DNA of 62,935 bases, the filler included, from Craspedostauros australis (taxonomy: Eukaryota): NCBI GenBank assembly GCA_030167865.1. It is 9 parts of 9 records of this genome, joined end to end, with 100 filler letters (N's around TTAATTAATTAA, not from the genome) between each part and the next. Parts side by side here need not be neighbours in the genome. Positions count along the whole stretch, not along the records: positions 38,191 to 57,805 come from JALAGF010005626.1; positions 57,906 to 61,445 come from JALAGF010005629.1; 7 more parts are not named here. One strand, given 5' to 3'. Position numbers and translations under genes: made by a program. This document shows positions 48,392-58,512 of the stretch, piece after piece (positions within the stretch are counted from its first letter, which is position 1; every line of letters starts with the position of its first letter). The notes beneath the pieces were generated by a model, which was not told the DNA's origin, did not search any database, and worked only from the letters and a program-made list of their open reading frames with translations.

Positions 48392-50577
48392 GATGTCTGG
48401 TTGTGTAGTTGTGTGGTTGTGTGCGTAGATGTATGATTGTGCGAGTTGAGGTGTGGTTGTGTCTGCGTTTCTGTCTCTCTCTCTCTCTCTCTCTGCTATA
48501 ACGACCTGTTGCTGATTGCCGGTTCCTGCTTGCCGCTTGATAGGATGTACAGATTACTTGTGCTTGCTCTTTGGAATCCCCTTGATACACTTGGTGTTGC
48601 GCTGGTTGCTGCTGCTGTTGCTGTTGCTGCTGCTATTGACGTGATTGAATCGGTGATCCTTCAGCGTTCGTTGCAGTATCGCAGAGTCTCTGTCTGCGTT
48701 TCGAGTGTCAAACTGCGCTTGACCGCAAGAGGTCTCGTTGATATCTTGCGCAACCAGGAGACAGGGCCAGGTGCTGGAGACTCTCTGTTTGCGAAAGATG
48801 GCGGGAGGCTGCTGCTTGGAATGTTCTGTTTTCTGCCTTGCTGCTCAAAAGTGATATTTCGCTCTCTGGGTTCCTTCGTTGTGTTGTTGTCTGAATTGCT
48901 TTTGTGTCGCTGGATGGCTTCCCGTTTCTTCTCCCTCTGTGGTTTGGCTGTGGGTTGTGTTGGTCACCCGGCTTGTGACTGTCTGTTGGTCTCTCTTGTT
49001 GCCTCTCGATGCTCTCTGCCTCTCTCTTGCTACTGACGATGACGATGATGGTGATGATGATGGTGATGATGACGATGATGGTGAATTGGGACTCCGCTGC
49101 TCTGCCACTCGTTCGCTCTGCACTCTTGCCTTGATGATGGTGGTATTGGGAATCTGTTGGTCTCTGTGTTACCCTGCATGCGCTGATGCCCCCCAACGTG
49201 ATTAGAGCACGAAGGCATGGATGGGTGATTGAGTTGCTTGCGCCTTCTTCGTTGCGGCTTCGCTCTTCCCTCACACACTGTTCTGTCTCTCTCTCTGTTG
49301 ATGCCGAGACCAACAACAACCTCCAACCAGCAACCAGTCACCGCGCGCAAACACAAACACGAACACAAACACGAACACAAACACACCCAACAACGCTCAA
49401 CCACACCCAACCAGACACACAAACAAACTCGACAGAAGCACGGAAGTCGTGGAACACAGAGAAGCATCTGCCTTTGTGACACTGCCTCCCACCGCGTCCA
49501 ATCGAATTCCGTCATGGGGACCGTGATGTGTTTTTCGTCACAAACGATGGTGAAACGACAACGATCAGACATTCGGAGGATACACATGTGACATGGACAC
49601 AAAGGGAGAAGGAACGGCGATGTTTGTTTGGGACATATGAGTCGAGTTGATCGTGCAGTCCGACCTGGTTGCGACGAACGTGAGCGTGACGTGGTGTCGC
49701 CAACCGACGTATCGCAGCCATCACATTTCCACCTTCATTCTTTCTGTGTTGTGCTTCGCGTGTTGGCGCGCACTTTCCCCTTCCTTTTTCGTGTTGATGT
49801 GAGAGCAACAGACCTGTTGCTGATGATCACCGCATTCCACATCATCGCCACCACATGGGAACAGAGCCGTCATCCACGTTGTCTTCGTCACTGCAACTGC
49901 TCCACTCCACTCGTCGTCGTCGCTTCAGTTGTCATTGTTGCTGTCGTCGTCATCGTCGTCGTCATCATCTTCAATCACCATCATCGTTGCCATAGTTGCC
50001 ACAGTCGCGACCGTCGCAACCATTATACTAATAACACAAACAGGCTCGACACGCCGTCTGCTTCCACTTCAACTTCTGCGTTTGGAAGGGTCGACCACTG
50101 GCATCGTTGGTGTCACACGACATACACGTACCACACTCATTCGAATACGAATAGCCCTACACAGTTCCCATCCAAAGGTCTTGGTGTCGGTCATTGATCA
50201 TCTGCTGATACCATAGCAGTACTGCTCCACCGCCATACACATCATTGACAACCAAACGCATCAGCGCATCAACTTGGTGTTGGGGAAGCTCGCGGAGATC
50301 GAATTCAAACATCATCCGCAACATCAACTGCAACGTCGCAGCAATCAGAAGGTGAACACAACCGCTTCTTCTGCACAACAACTTGTGTGGGGAAGAACTT
50401 TGAGGGTATTTGACCACGCGAGTTGCATTCACACGATTGCCATCTGCGACGGATCGAACGGAGAGGGGAAGGCAGCAGCGGAAAGGGCACAACTTTCGGA
50501 ATTCAAACGAGCCTTCAGCAACAAGCGTCCATTGAAGCAAGCACTTTCACAGCTGCTGATACAAATTATATTGCACC

Positions 50578-53500
50578 ATGTGCCCTGGACCACCGATGAA
50601 GAGCGAGGGGAACGACAGCGATGATGACGCCAGGTCTCCCACGGCGTCGGCCTCCACATCAGCATCCGAGTCCGCTTCAGCGTCGTCTTCGGCGCCCTCC
50701 GACGATGACCAACGCAGCACGAACAAACGACAACGCCCTCGGGCCAGCGATCAAACATCAAAGCAGCGCCCTTCTGCCGCTGCCCCAGCTTCTGCTCCTG
50801 CTGTCAAAAAATTCAAACGGCCGGAGAATCTCATGACCGGCGCGTCCCTCATCTCGCGCATCATATTCAGATGGCCCTACGAGCTGCTCAAGCTGGGGCT
50901 GGAACGACCGCTGGAGGACATGGATCTGCCGGAGATCCTCCACGCCGATTCATCCGCGCGCAACAGCAACCATTTCGAACAGATCTGGGCCAAGGAGAAG
51001 GCGCGCAATCCGGAAAACCCAAGCATGCACAAAGCCTTGCTCATGGACTATCTCAAGGACATCTGGTACGTCCAGCCAGCCCTCATGATCGCGGCAATCG
51101 CCAGGGTCGCGCAGGCGCTGGCACTGGGATACCTCATCGAATCCTTCGAGACGAACAACGGCGAAGGCTACAAATGGGCCGCCGTCTTGGTTGCCTGCGG
51201 TACCGTCGTGTTGTTCGAGCACCATCATGTCTTCTTCATCACATGGAGGAAGGGCATGCAGTTCAGAATATCCTGTGTCGCTTCCATCTACGCAAAATCG
51301 CTGCGCCTCTCCTCGACGGCGCAGAACACCATGGCGAGCACGGGCAACGTCATGAACCTCGCCAGCAACGACGTCGAGAGATTCCTCCTGTGCGCCCTGT
51401 TCATGAATTACATCTTCTGGTCGCCTGTCCAGGCAATCGGCATCCTTTGGGTGGGTTGGGCCACCCTGGGGCCGGCCTTCGCGGCAGGATTTGGGCTGCT
51501 CGTCTTCATCTTCGTCCCCCTGCAATTCTATCTCAGCCGACGCTTCGCCCACTTCCGCTCCACCATCGCCGCCATCACGGACCGACGCGTCACCTTCGTG
51601 TCGCAAGCCGTGCACGGGGCCCGCGTCATGAAGATGAGCGGCTACGAATGGAGATTCCTGGATCGGATACAGAAGATCCGAAGCGAGGAGGTGGACCAGA
51701 TCATCCGCGCCAACAAGCTCAAATGCTGGAACGAGGCGTCCTTCTTCATGGCCAACGTCGTCATCTCGCTCGTCATCTTCATCGTTCATGTCAAGACGGG
51801 AGGCACCCTGTCGCCGAGGGACGTCTTCACCATCTTCACTCTCATCAACATCCTGCAGCTCGAAATGACCAAGCACTTCTCTTTGGGAATCATGGGTGTC
51901 AGCGAGTGCTATGTCTCCATTTCGAGAATACAAAAGTTCTTGGAGTATCCGGAATTGGATGGTCCGCAAACCAATCATGCAAAGAACACCGGCGAGGATC
52001 GTCACTTGATCACAGATGGAGACTCGTCTGCGACAGTCGCGGTCTCATTCCAGAACGCCACGTGCCACTGGAATCATTCCGCCAACAAGAAATCAACTTC
52101 GACCGAAGCACCACCCGCGGAGGAGAAATCATCCAATCTCGTTCCAGCCTTGACGGATGTTTCAGTCCAATTCGAACAAGGCACGCTGACCTGTATCATC
52201 GGTTCTGTTGGAAGCGGAAAGAGCGCTCTGTTGCAGGCGGTCATTGGAGAACTTCCGCAAACGACGGGTCGCATTCAGAGCAACTACAACACCCTCGCCT
52301 TCGCAGGTCAGGATCCATGGATAATGGACGGCACGGTCCAGGAGAACATCACGATGGGCCTGGACTTCGATCAGGAATGGTACGACGCGGTTGTCGACGC
52401 CTGCTCCCTCATCCCAGATTTTGCGCAATTCATCGACGCCGACCAAACCATCGTCGGAGACAGAGGTGTCCAATGCTCCGGCGGACAGCGCGCACGCATC
52501 GGACTGGCCCGCGCCTTGTACCGCAACGCGGACTTGCTGGTGCTGGACGATCCTCTGTCCGCTGTCGATGCCAAGGTGGGGCGGCACCTCTTCCGACGTG
52601 CGATCGAGGGACTTTGCGTGGCGCGTGGCAAGTGCGTCATTCTCGCCACGCATCAGCACCAGTACGTTCACGACACCAGATGCGTCTACTTGGAAGACGG
52701 GCGCATCGAGCACATTGGTTCGTATCAGGAATGCATCGAGGCCTCCAACGGCATGCTGGCGGCCCACGATACTGATGGCGGCGGTATCATTGTCGATGGC
52801 GATGGAGATGAACCCGGAGCCGCAGCAGGCGCGGCCACCGCAGCAGCTGCTTTCGACGTCGCTGATGGCAATATCAATGACGACGGACTGGTTGCTGTCA
52901 ATTCACCGCCATCCATCCAGAACAACGGCGCGCCTGCTGCGGGAAATACCGGCATCAAGGCAACAGCGAAGATGCAGGGCGAGACCAGCAAAGATAAGCA
53001 GAGCGTCGGGAAGGACGCAGACGGAGCAGCCAACGATGGTGACGCCACTGATGATGATGACGACGACAACGGCACACAAGCGGAAACGCGATCATCCGGC
53101 TTCGTCAAGTTCGAAACCTTCGTCAGCTACTTCAAGGCGATGGGCGGGATCTGGATCGGTGCCTCGATGCTCGTCCTCTTCATCATGACGCAAGGATCCG
53201 TGCTGGTTTCCATCGCCATGATGGGACGGTGGGCGGAGGAGGATGCATCCGATCAGGACGATTGGAACATCATCGGCCCAATCGTCGGACTGGTCTGCTC
53301 GGTGGCAGTGCTCTCCATCATCCGGGCCTTCCTCAGCCTTCGCTTGACAATCAAGGCATCGCAGCAGCTGCATGACCAGATGACGGAATCGGTGCTGAGA
53401 GCCAAGATCGAGTTCTTCGATACGAATCCCCTGGGGCGAATTCTTAATCGATTCTCGGCCGACGTGGGATCCAATGACGATCTTCTGCCGCAGACACTGT

Positions 53501-54933
53501 TCGATTTCATGGTCATGTTCTTCCTCGTCGTTGGTGCCATCGCAACGACCATCACCGTGCTCCCGTTCGCCCTCATCGTCTTCCCACCACTGATCTGGTA
53601 CTTCGTTTCGGTGCGTCGCATCTTTGTCACCAGCACGCGCGAACTGAAGCGCCTGGAGGGCATGGCGCGATCGCCCATCTTCGCCATGCTCTCGGAATCG
53701 CTGAGCGGAGTGGCTACCATCCGCGCCAACTCCTCCGTCGATTACTTCACGAAGAAGTTCCAAGCCACGCACGACAGCCACACGAGAGCATTCTTCTCCT
53801 TCATCGCCGCCTCGCGATGGGTGGGCTTCCGCATGGACTCCATCATGTTCCTGCTGGTGACGTTCGTCAGCTTGTTGGCCGTGCTGTTCTTCGAACAGGG
53901 CTGGTTCGACATCGACCCTGCCATCCTCGGCCTCGCAATCTCCATGCTGCTCCAGCTGGCTGGGCTGTTCCAATGGTGCATCCGGCAGAGCGCGGAGGTC
54001 GTGAATCAATTCGTGTCTGTGGAACGCGTGCTGGAATTCGGCAACTTGGCACCAGAGGGCACGCTCACGGTGAAGGACGACGACATTCTGAAGAACAAGG
54101 ACTGGCCGAAGGAGGCATCGATCGAGGTGCAGAATCTGATGGTCCGGTACCGTCCACAGCTGCCACCGGCGCTGGACGGAGCATCTTTCAAGATCGCGAA
54201 CGGAACGAGAGTCGGCATCGTTGGACGCACTGGCAGCGGCAAGTCCACGGTGGTCCAGACTCTCTTCAGGTTGCTGGAAGCGGAGCAGGGATCTATCCGC
54301 ATCGATGGCACTGACGTCGCCAAGATCGGCCTCCACACGTTGCGAACCAAGATCTCCGTCATCCCGCAAGTCCCGACGCTCTTCAGTGGCTGCACCGTGC
54401 GCGAGAACCTCGATCTGTTCGGCATTCATTCCGACGATGAGATAAAAAAGGCGCTCGAGGATTCTCATCTGGGTCAGGTCATCGCCGAGCTGCCGAAGGG
54501 AATCAATGCCATGGTCGCCGAGAACGGCTCCAACTTTTCCGTCGGTCAACGCCAGCTCCTTTGCCTGGCACGCGCCATCTTGAGCAAGAACAAGATCCTG
54601 ATCCTGGATGAGGCCACTGCGTCGGTGGACCGGCGCACGGACCAGCTCCTGCAAGAGTCTCTGCAGCGGGCCTTCCAAGACGCGACCATCCTGGCCGTGG
54701 CGCACAGGCTCGATACGGTCATCGACTACGACAACATACTGGTGCTGGGGAAGGGCAAGGTGCTGGAGTTTGGAACTCCAGCCGACCTGATCCGTTCCGG
54801 CGGCGCCTTCTCACAGATGGTCGAGGACACGGGAGCGTCCACATCCAGGGAATTGAAAAGCAGGGCGTTCGCGGTGGAATCTGGCTCGGTCCTTTTCGAA
54901 GAATCCGACAGCGAGGAAGAGCACAGTGCATAA
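50578..54933 (+). CDS. ABC transporter subfamily C (MRP-like), TMD-NBD-TMD-NBD, intronless
   Basis: NBD1 GSVGSGKS, CSGGQRARI, LVLDDPLSAVD; FFDTNPLGRILNRFS; NBD2 GRTGSGKS, FSVGQRQLLCLARA, ILDEATASVD, AHRLDT; alternative start at 50596. Confidence 0.96.
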   Translation: MCPGPPMKSEGNDSDDDARSPTASASTSASESASASSSAPSDDDQRSTNKRQRPRASDQTSKQRPSAAAPASAPAVKKFKRPENLMTGASLISRIIFRWPYELLKLGLERPLEDMDLPEILHADSSARNSNHFEQIWAKEKARNPENPSMHKALLMDYLKDIWYVQPALMIAAIARVAQALALGYLIESFETNNGEGYKWAAVLVACGTVVLFEHHHVFFITWRKGMQFRISCVASIYAKSLRLSSTAQNTMASTGNVMNLASNDVERFLLCALFMNYIFWSPVQAIGILWVGWATLGPAFAAGFGLLVFIFVPLQFYLSRRFAHFRSTIAAITDRRVTFVSQAVHGARVMKMSGYEWRFLDRIQKIRSEEVDQIIRANKLKCWNEASFFMANVVISLVIFIVHVKTGGTLSPRDVFTIFTLINILQLEMTKHFSLGIMGVSECYVSISRIQKFLEYPELDGPQTNHAKNTGEDRHLITDGDSSATVAVSFQNATCHWNHSANKKSTSTEAPPAEEKSSNLVPALTDVSVQFEQGTLTCIIGSVGSGKSALLQAVIGELPQTTGRIQSNYNTLAFAGQDPWIMDGTVQENITMGLDFDQEWYDAVVDACSLIPDFAQFIDADQTIVGDRGVQCSGGQRARIGLARALYRNADLLVLDDPLSAVDAKVGRHLFRRAIEGLCVARGKCVILATHQHQYVHDTRCVYLEDGRIEHIGSYQECIEASNGMLAAHDTDGGGIIVDGDGDEPGAAAGAATAAAAFDVADGNINDDGLVAVNSPPSIQNNGAPAAGNTGIKATAKMQGETSKDKQSVGKDADGAANDGDATDDDDDDNGTQAETRSSGFVKFETFVSYFKAMGGIWIGASMLVLFIMTQGSVLVSIAMMGRWAEEDASDQDDWNIIGPIVGLVCSVAVLSIIRAFLSLRLTIKASQQLHDQMTESVLRAKIEFFDTNPLGRILNRFSADVGSNDDLLPQTLFDFMVMFFLVVGAIATTITVLPFALIVFPPLIWYFVSVRRIFVTSTRELKRLEGMARSPIFAMLSESLSGVATIRANSSVDYFTKKFQATHDSHTRAFFSFIAASRWVGFRMDSIMFLLVTFVSLLAVLFFEQGWFDIDPAILGLAISMLLQLAGLFQWCIRQSAEVVNQFVSVERVLEFGNLAPEGTLTVKDDDILKNKDWPKEASIEVQNLMVRYRPQLPPALDGASFKIANGTRVGIVGRTGSGKSTVVQTLFRLLEAEQGSIRIDGTDVAKIGLHTLRTKISVIPQVPTLFSGCTVRENLDLFGIHSDDEIKKALEDSHLGQVIAELPKGINAMVAENGSNFSVGQRQLLCLARAILSKNKILILDEATASVDRRTDQLLQESLQRAFQDATILAVAHRLDTVIDYDNILVLGKGKVLEFGTPADLIRSGGAFSQMVEDTGASTSRELKSRAFAVESGSVLFEESDSEEEHSA

Positions 54934-55532
54934 AGTGGTTGAGATTTGTGTGGTGTGCTTGTCTTTTTTTGGCTGGCGCTGCCAATCAATGTCGAACGCC
55001 ATTATGTGCCGGCCGGGTGACGACGTCTCTGCATGACGTGACACAACGTCCGTGTTGCGCACCACGAGCATGGCCGGACGCAAAGAAACAAAGAAAAAAC
55101 AAACTACCATCTATTCACCAAACAAGGAGACTGCCCATGCCGCAATTTACTCTCCTCTACTATACTCCAGGAAAGAAACAACATATAATAGAACATACAG
55201 TTTCGCTATCAAACCATGAATGTCATCATCTGTTTGCGCGACGGTTGCAGACCGCTTGTGCAATCACGCTTCAAGTGAAGTTATTTGTGCTTCCTTCCCT
55301 GTAATCGATGGCACTCTGCTCCCTCTGGTACAACCTTGTTGTGATTTCGACGAAACACGCTGTCGTCACTGTCAGAGGTGTCCTCGCAATCTATTGGGGT
55401 GCCGTACGAGGATGACCCCAGATCGCTACTCTCTCTCTCTCTCTCCGCTCAAGCATCCCCATCCCCACACGGAGCTGAGTTATCAACTGTCTTCGAGTGG
55501 AGTAGAGCAGAGCAGAGTGCTCGAATGTTGGA

Positions 55533-56159
55533 TTACACCCGATGAAAGAAGAACTGGGGCAGCTCTTCCCTCGGATACCCGATGTCCACGAGCATGTGCG
55601 AAAGCTCGACGAAGGATCTTGGCGCAATCTGAATGGTCCCCTGCATGGACCGACGTCTGTTGGTATCGGCATCGGTCGCCACCAACCACTTATCCTCCAG
55701 CAACGTCTCCACGCAATGCTCCGCACCTGCCAACGTGAGGCTGTACGGTTCCTTGAGCTCGCCTCTGCAGTTGACGAGGTCCTTCTTCTGCGAACCGCGC
55801 GATTCAACGAGCTGCTGCATGACGAGCTTGATGAACGCCAGCTCGTGCTTGTTGTAATGAAATCCGAACGCGTCCTTGGAGACGTCGTCCGCATTCTGGT
55901 TGATGACGGTGTGGTACTTCTTGGGCTTCTTGTGTGCACCCACCGCCATTCGGACGGTCGCAATTTCCAGCCCAAACGCCGTGGAGAGCTGCGCGTTGAT
56001 CTGGCTGAAGCATTCCTCCACGTTGCTGCAGGTTCCCTCCATGTCATCCTTGAGCTCTTCATAAAGCGCCTTGGCCTTCGTCTCCGTCATGACGTGCGAG
56101 GCCATGAGGCGTTGCAGCATCAGCTGCTGTCCGTACGGTAACCGATGCACGCTCGCCAT
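55533..56159 (-). CDS. NSE1: SMC5/6 subunit Nse1-like protein (winged-helix region only, no C-terminal RING)
   Basis: LQRLMASHVM, INAQL..FGLEI, VINQNADDVSK, ELAFIKLVMQQLV, AEHCVETLLEDKWL, IAPRSFVEL; ends 21 aa later without a Cys/His pattern. Confidence 0.78.
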   Translation of the reverse strand: MASVHRLPYGQQLMLQRLMASHVMTETKAKALYEELKDDMEGTCSNVEECFSQINAQLSTAFGLEIATVRMAVGAHKKPKKYHTVINQNADDVSKDAFGFHYNKHELAFIKLVMQQLVESRGSQKKDLVNCRGELKEPYSLTLAGAEHCVETLLEDKWLVATDADTNRRRSMQGTIQIAPRSFVELSHMLVDIGYPREELPQFFFHRV

Positions 56160-56636
56160 GGTTCTTTGTCAGTGCTGCTGTTGCTACTATTGCTATTGCT
56201 GTTGTTGGGAGCAAGTCTGGTATGTATTGATGCAAGTTCAAGTATTGTGCGATACTTCTCTGCGTTGCTGAAAATACAGCGCGAGTGAAGATGAAGATGA
56301 TCAGGAGAGAGATGTGAGGAGATGGCATCTCTGTGACGTTCATGTCCGCGACGATTGCGCAAGAGGAAGGCGCCAACGCTGTGTGTGTGTTGCTTCGCTG
56401 TCTCCTCATGCCACACCATGTTGCCGAAAATCGCTCCTGAATTTGAATCTTCGAGTTTGGCGGCAAGTTCCATTTCCCGTGACTCATACTTACGGGATCC
56501 GGAAAAACTCAACAAGACGAGAACGACAACCAATTGATCCAAAGTGATTGAGGCGGACAGCGCTGCTGAAGAAGAGGAGTGACGTGCCATACCATATCCA
56601 TAATGACGTTTTTCTTGCGTCCGGACGCATTCTCTA

Positions 56637-57335
56637 CGTAGCTTGCGTCCGGACGCAAATTGAACGCTCAGTTTGCGTCCGGACGCAAATTGGGCCAATT
56701 TGCGTGGGGACGCAAATGCAAGCTCGCCGAAAATACCACTTGTACTACTTAAGTCCCATGTTCCTCCACGATGTCCCGTNTTGCAGAAAAAAAAAANCGA
56801 TTTCGGTCCGAAACCCGAAAGTGGGTTGTTTTTTTTTCTGACTCCTTCGAGTAACACATTTATTTGGCGATTTCAAAAAAAAAACGTCGCGATGCAGCAC
56901 GGCGTCATTGGTCATGTCTCAGGGGTTCCTTTCCGTGCGCCTGACTTGCTTTTCTGACGTCATGGGATCTGAGGTAATGGGCTTTTACTTTTTGATTTCG
57001 ATGTCATCCACCACGATCCTGACAACAACACCAAAATCCTGGCAACGGTGTAACACAACAAGGAGGNNNNNNNNNNNNNNNNNNNNNNNNNNNNNNNNNN
57101 NNNNNNNNNNNNNNNNTAGAACTAAGACATGAGTCATGTCGTGAGTCGAGATGGCCAGCGAAAAAGGGTTTGAAAAAAAAACGGCTTCTCATAAAGCGTA
57201 ATTGGGCGAGTCCGTTGAGTCGCCGCTTGCGTCCGGACGCAAATTGGCCCAATTTGCGTGGGGACGCAAACTGAGCGTCCAATTTGCGTGGGGACGCAAA
57301 CTGAGCGTCCAATTTGCGTCCGGACGCAAGCTACG
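56637..57335. mobile_element. MITE with long TIRs built from palindromic TTGCGTCCGGACGCAA units, flanked by TA
   Basis: ta|CGTAGCTTGCGTCCGGACGCAAATTG...CAATTTGCGTCCGGACGCAAGCTACG|ta; internal N gap; further outer 13-bp inverted repeat at 56594-56606 / 57357-57369. Confidence 0.75.
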
Positions 57336-57905
57336 TAGGCCAGTACCAGGCCAAAATCATTATGGATATCCCTAATGAGATTTTGGGCCCCCGATGTGAC
57401 AAATTTGGCACTTCACATTGATGTGACAAATTTGGATCGATGTGCCAAATTTGTCACCTCTTTTGTGTTCGCATCGGCCAGCTGAGGTGGTACTGATAAT
57501 GTGTTTTCGACTTCCACACAGCGTTATCGCGGAGAGACGCTTTTGTGTCCTCAAAACTTTTGATTTTTGTTTCTCCAGAATTGGCGTTTGTGCTTCTGTT
57601 GGTTTCCGACGACGGTGAGACTATTCGATGCTAAACGGAACTTGTTTCAGTGCTATTTCCAAGCGAAGTCTGTGATTTTCATCCAATCATTGTCTTTCAA
57701 CAGTGTCTATGCACAAAGCGTTCCGGCTGGTTGATAAATAATTCATTTATGGGGTATGTCATTAGGGTTCTGAATTCCTTATGTGGCCTTGTTTGCAGCG
57801 GAAATNNNNNNNNNNNNNNNNNNNNNNNNNNNNNNNNNNNNNNNNNNNNTTAATTAATTAANNNNNNNNNNNNNNNNNNNNNNNNNNNNNNNNNNNNNNN
57901 NNNNN

Positions 57906-58015
57906 TCCACATTCGATGAACCATTCCGTCGTCTGCATGCTGAAGACGAACATGCAGGACGCCCCCTCCTGCAGACACAGACGTTCCAGGTAGCCAAGCA
58001 TGGCATCACCGAGTC
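57906..58015 (-). pseudogene. Fragment resembling the C-terminal GNAT domain of N-acetylglutamate synthase (ArgA)
   Basis: LGDAMLGYLERLCLQEGASCMFVFSMQTTEWFIECG; similarity is not evident upstream; cut by the scaffold end. Confidence 0.55.
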
Positions 58016-58512
58016 TTCGTTTTAGTTCGCACGTAACGTTTCCTCGATGAGCTGGCCTCGGACAGGACAAGTTTGAAGTACTCGGCGAGTTGTACGGCGA
58101 GAACGCCAGTGCCTTCGTATGNNNNNNNNNNNNNNNNNNNNNNNNNNNNNNNNNNNNNNNNNNNNNNNNNNNNNNNNNNNNNNNNNNNNNNNNNNNNNNN
58201 NNNNNNNNNNNNNNNNNNNNNNNNNNNNNNNNNNNNNNNNNNNNNNNNNNNNNNNNNNNNNNNNNNNNNNNNNNNNNNNNNNNNNNNNNNNNNNNNNNGT
58301 ATTGTAACATGTATTCTATTCTTCGATCATCGTGCCATATGCAACGATGGAGTTGAGTTGAGCCATTCGTTCTGAATATGGATCGCATCCGTGCTGTCTT
58401 GCTGCTGTGGAAGATGCGACCGTATGAGCATGGGCGTACATGTGGACATGTCATGATGTTTGTACTCCCACTCCTGTTCGCGCCCTGAGAGTGCGGTCTG
58501 CCATTTCATTTT

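Noticed and set aside
50871..54705. Long overlapping ORFs (634, 537, 351 aa) within the ABCC gene
   Set aside because: Shadow ORFs caused by GC3-rich codon usage; no motifs
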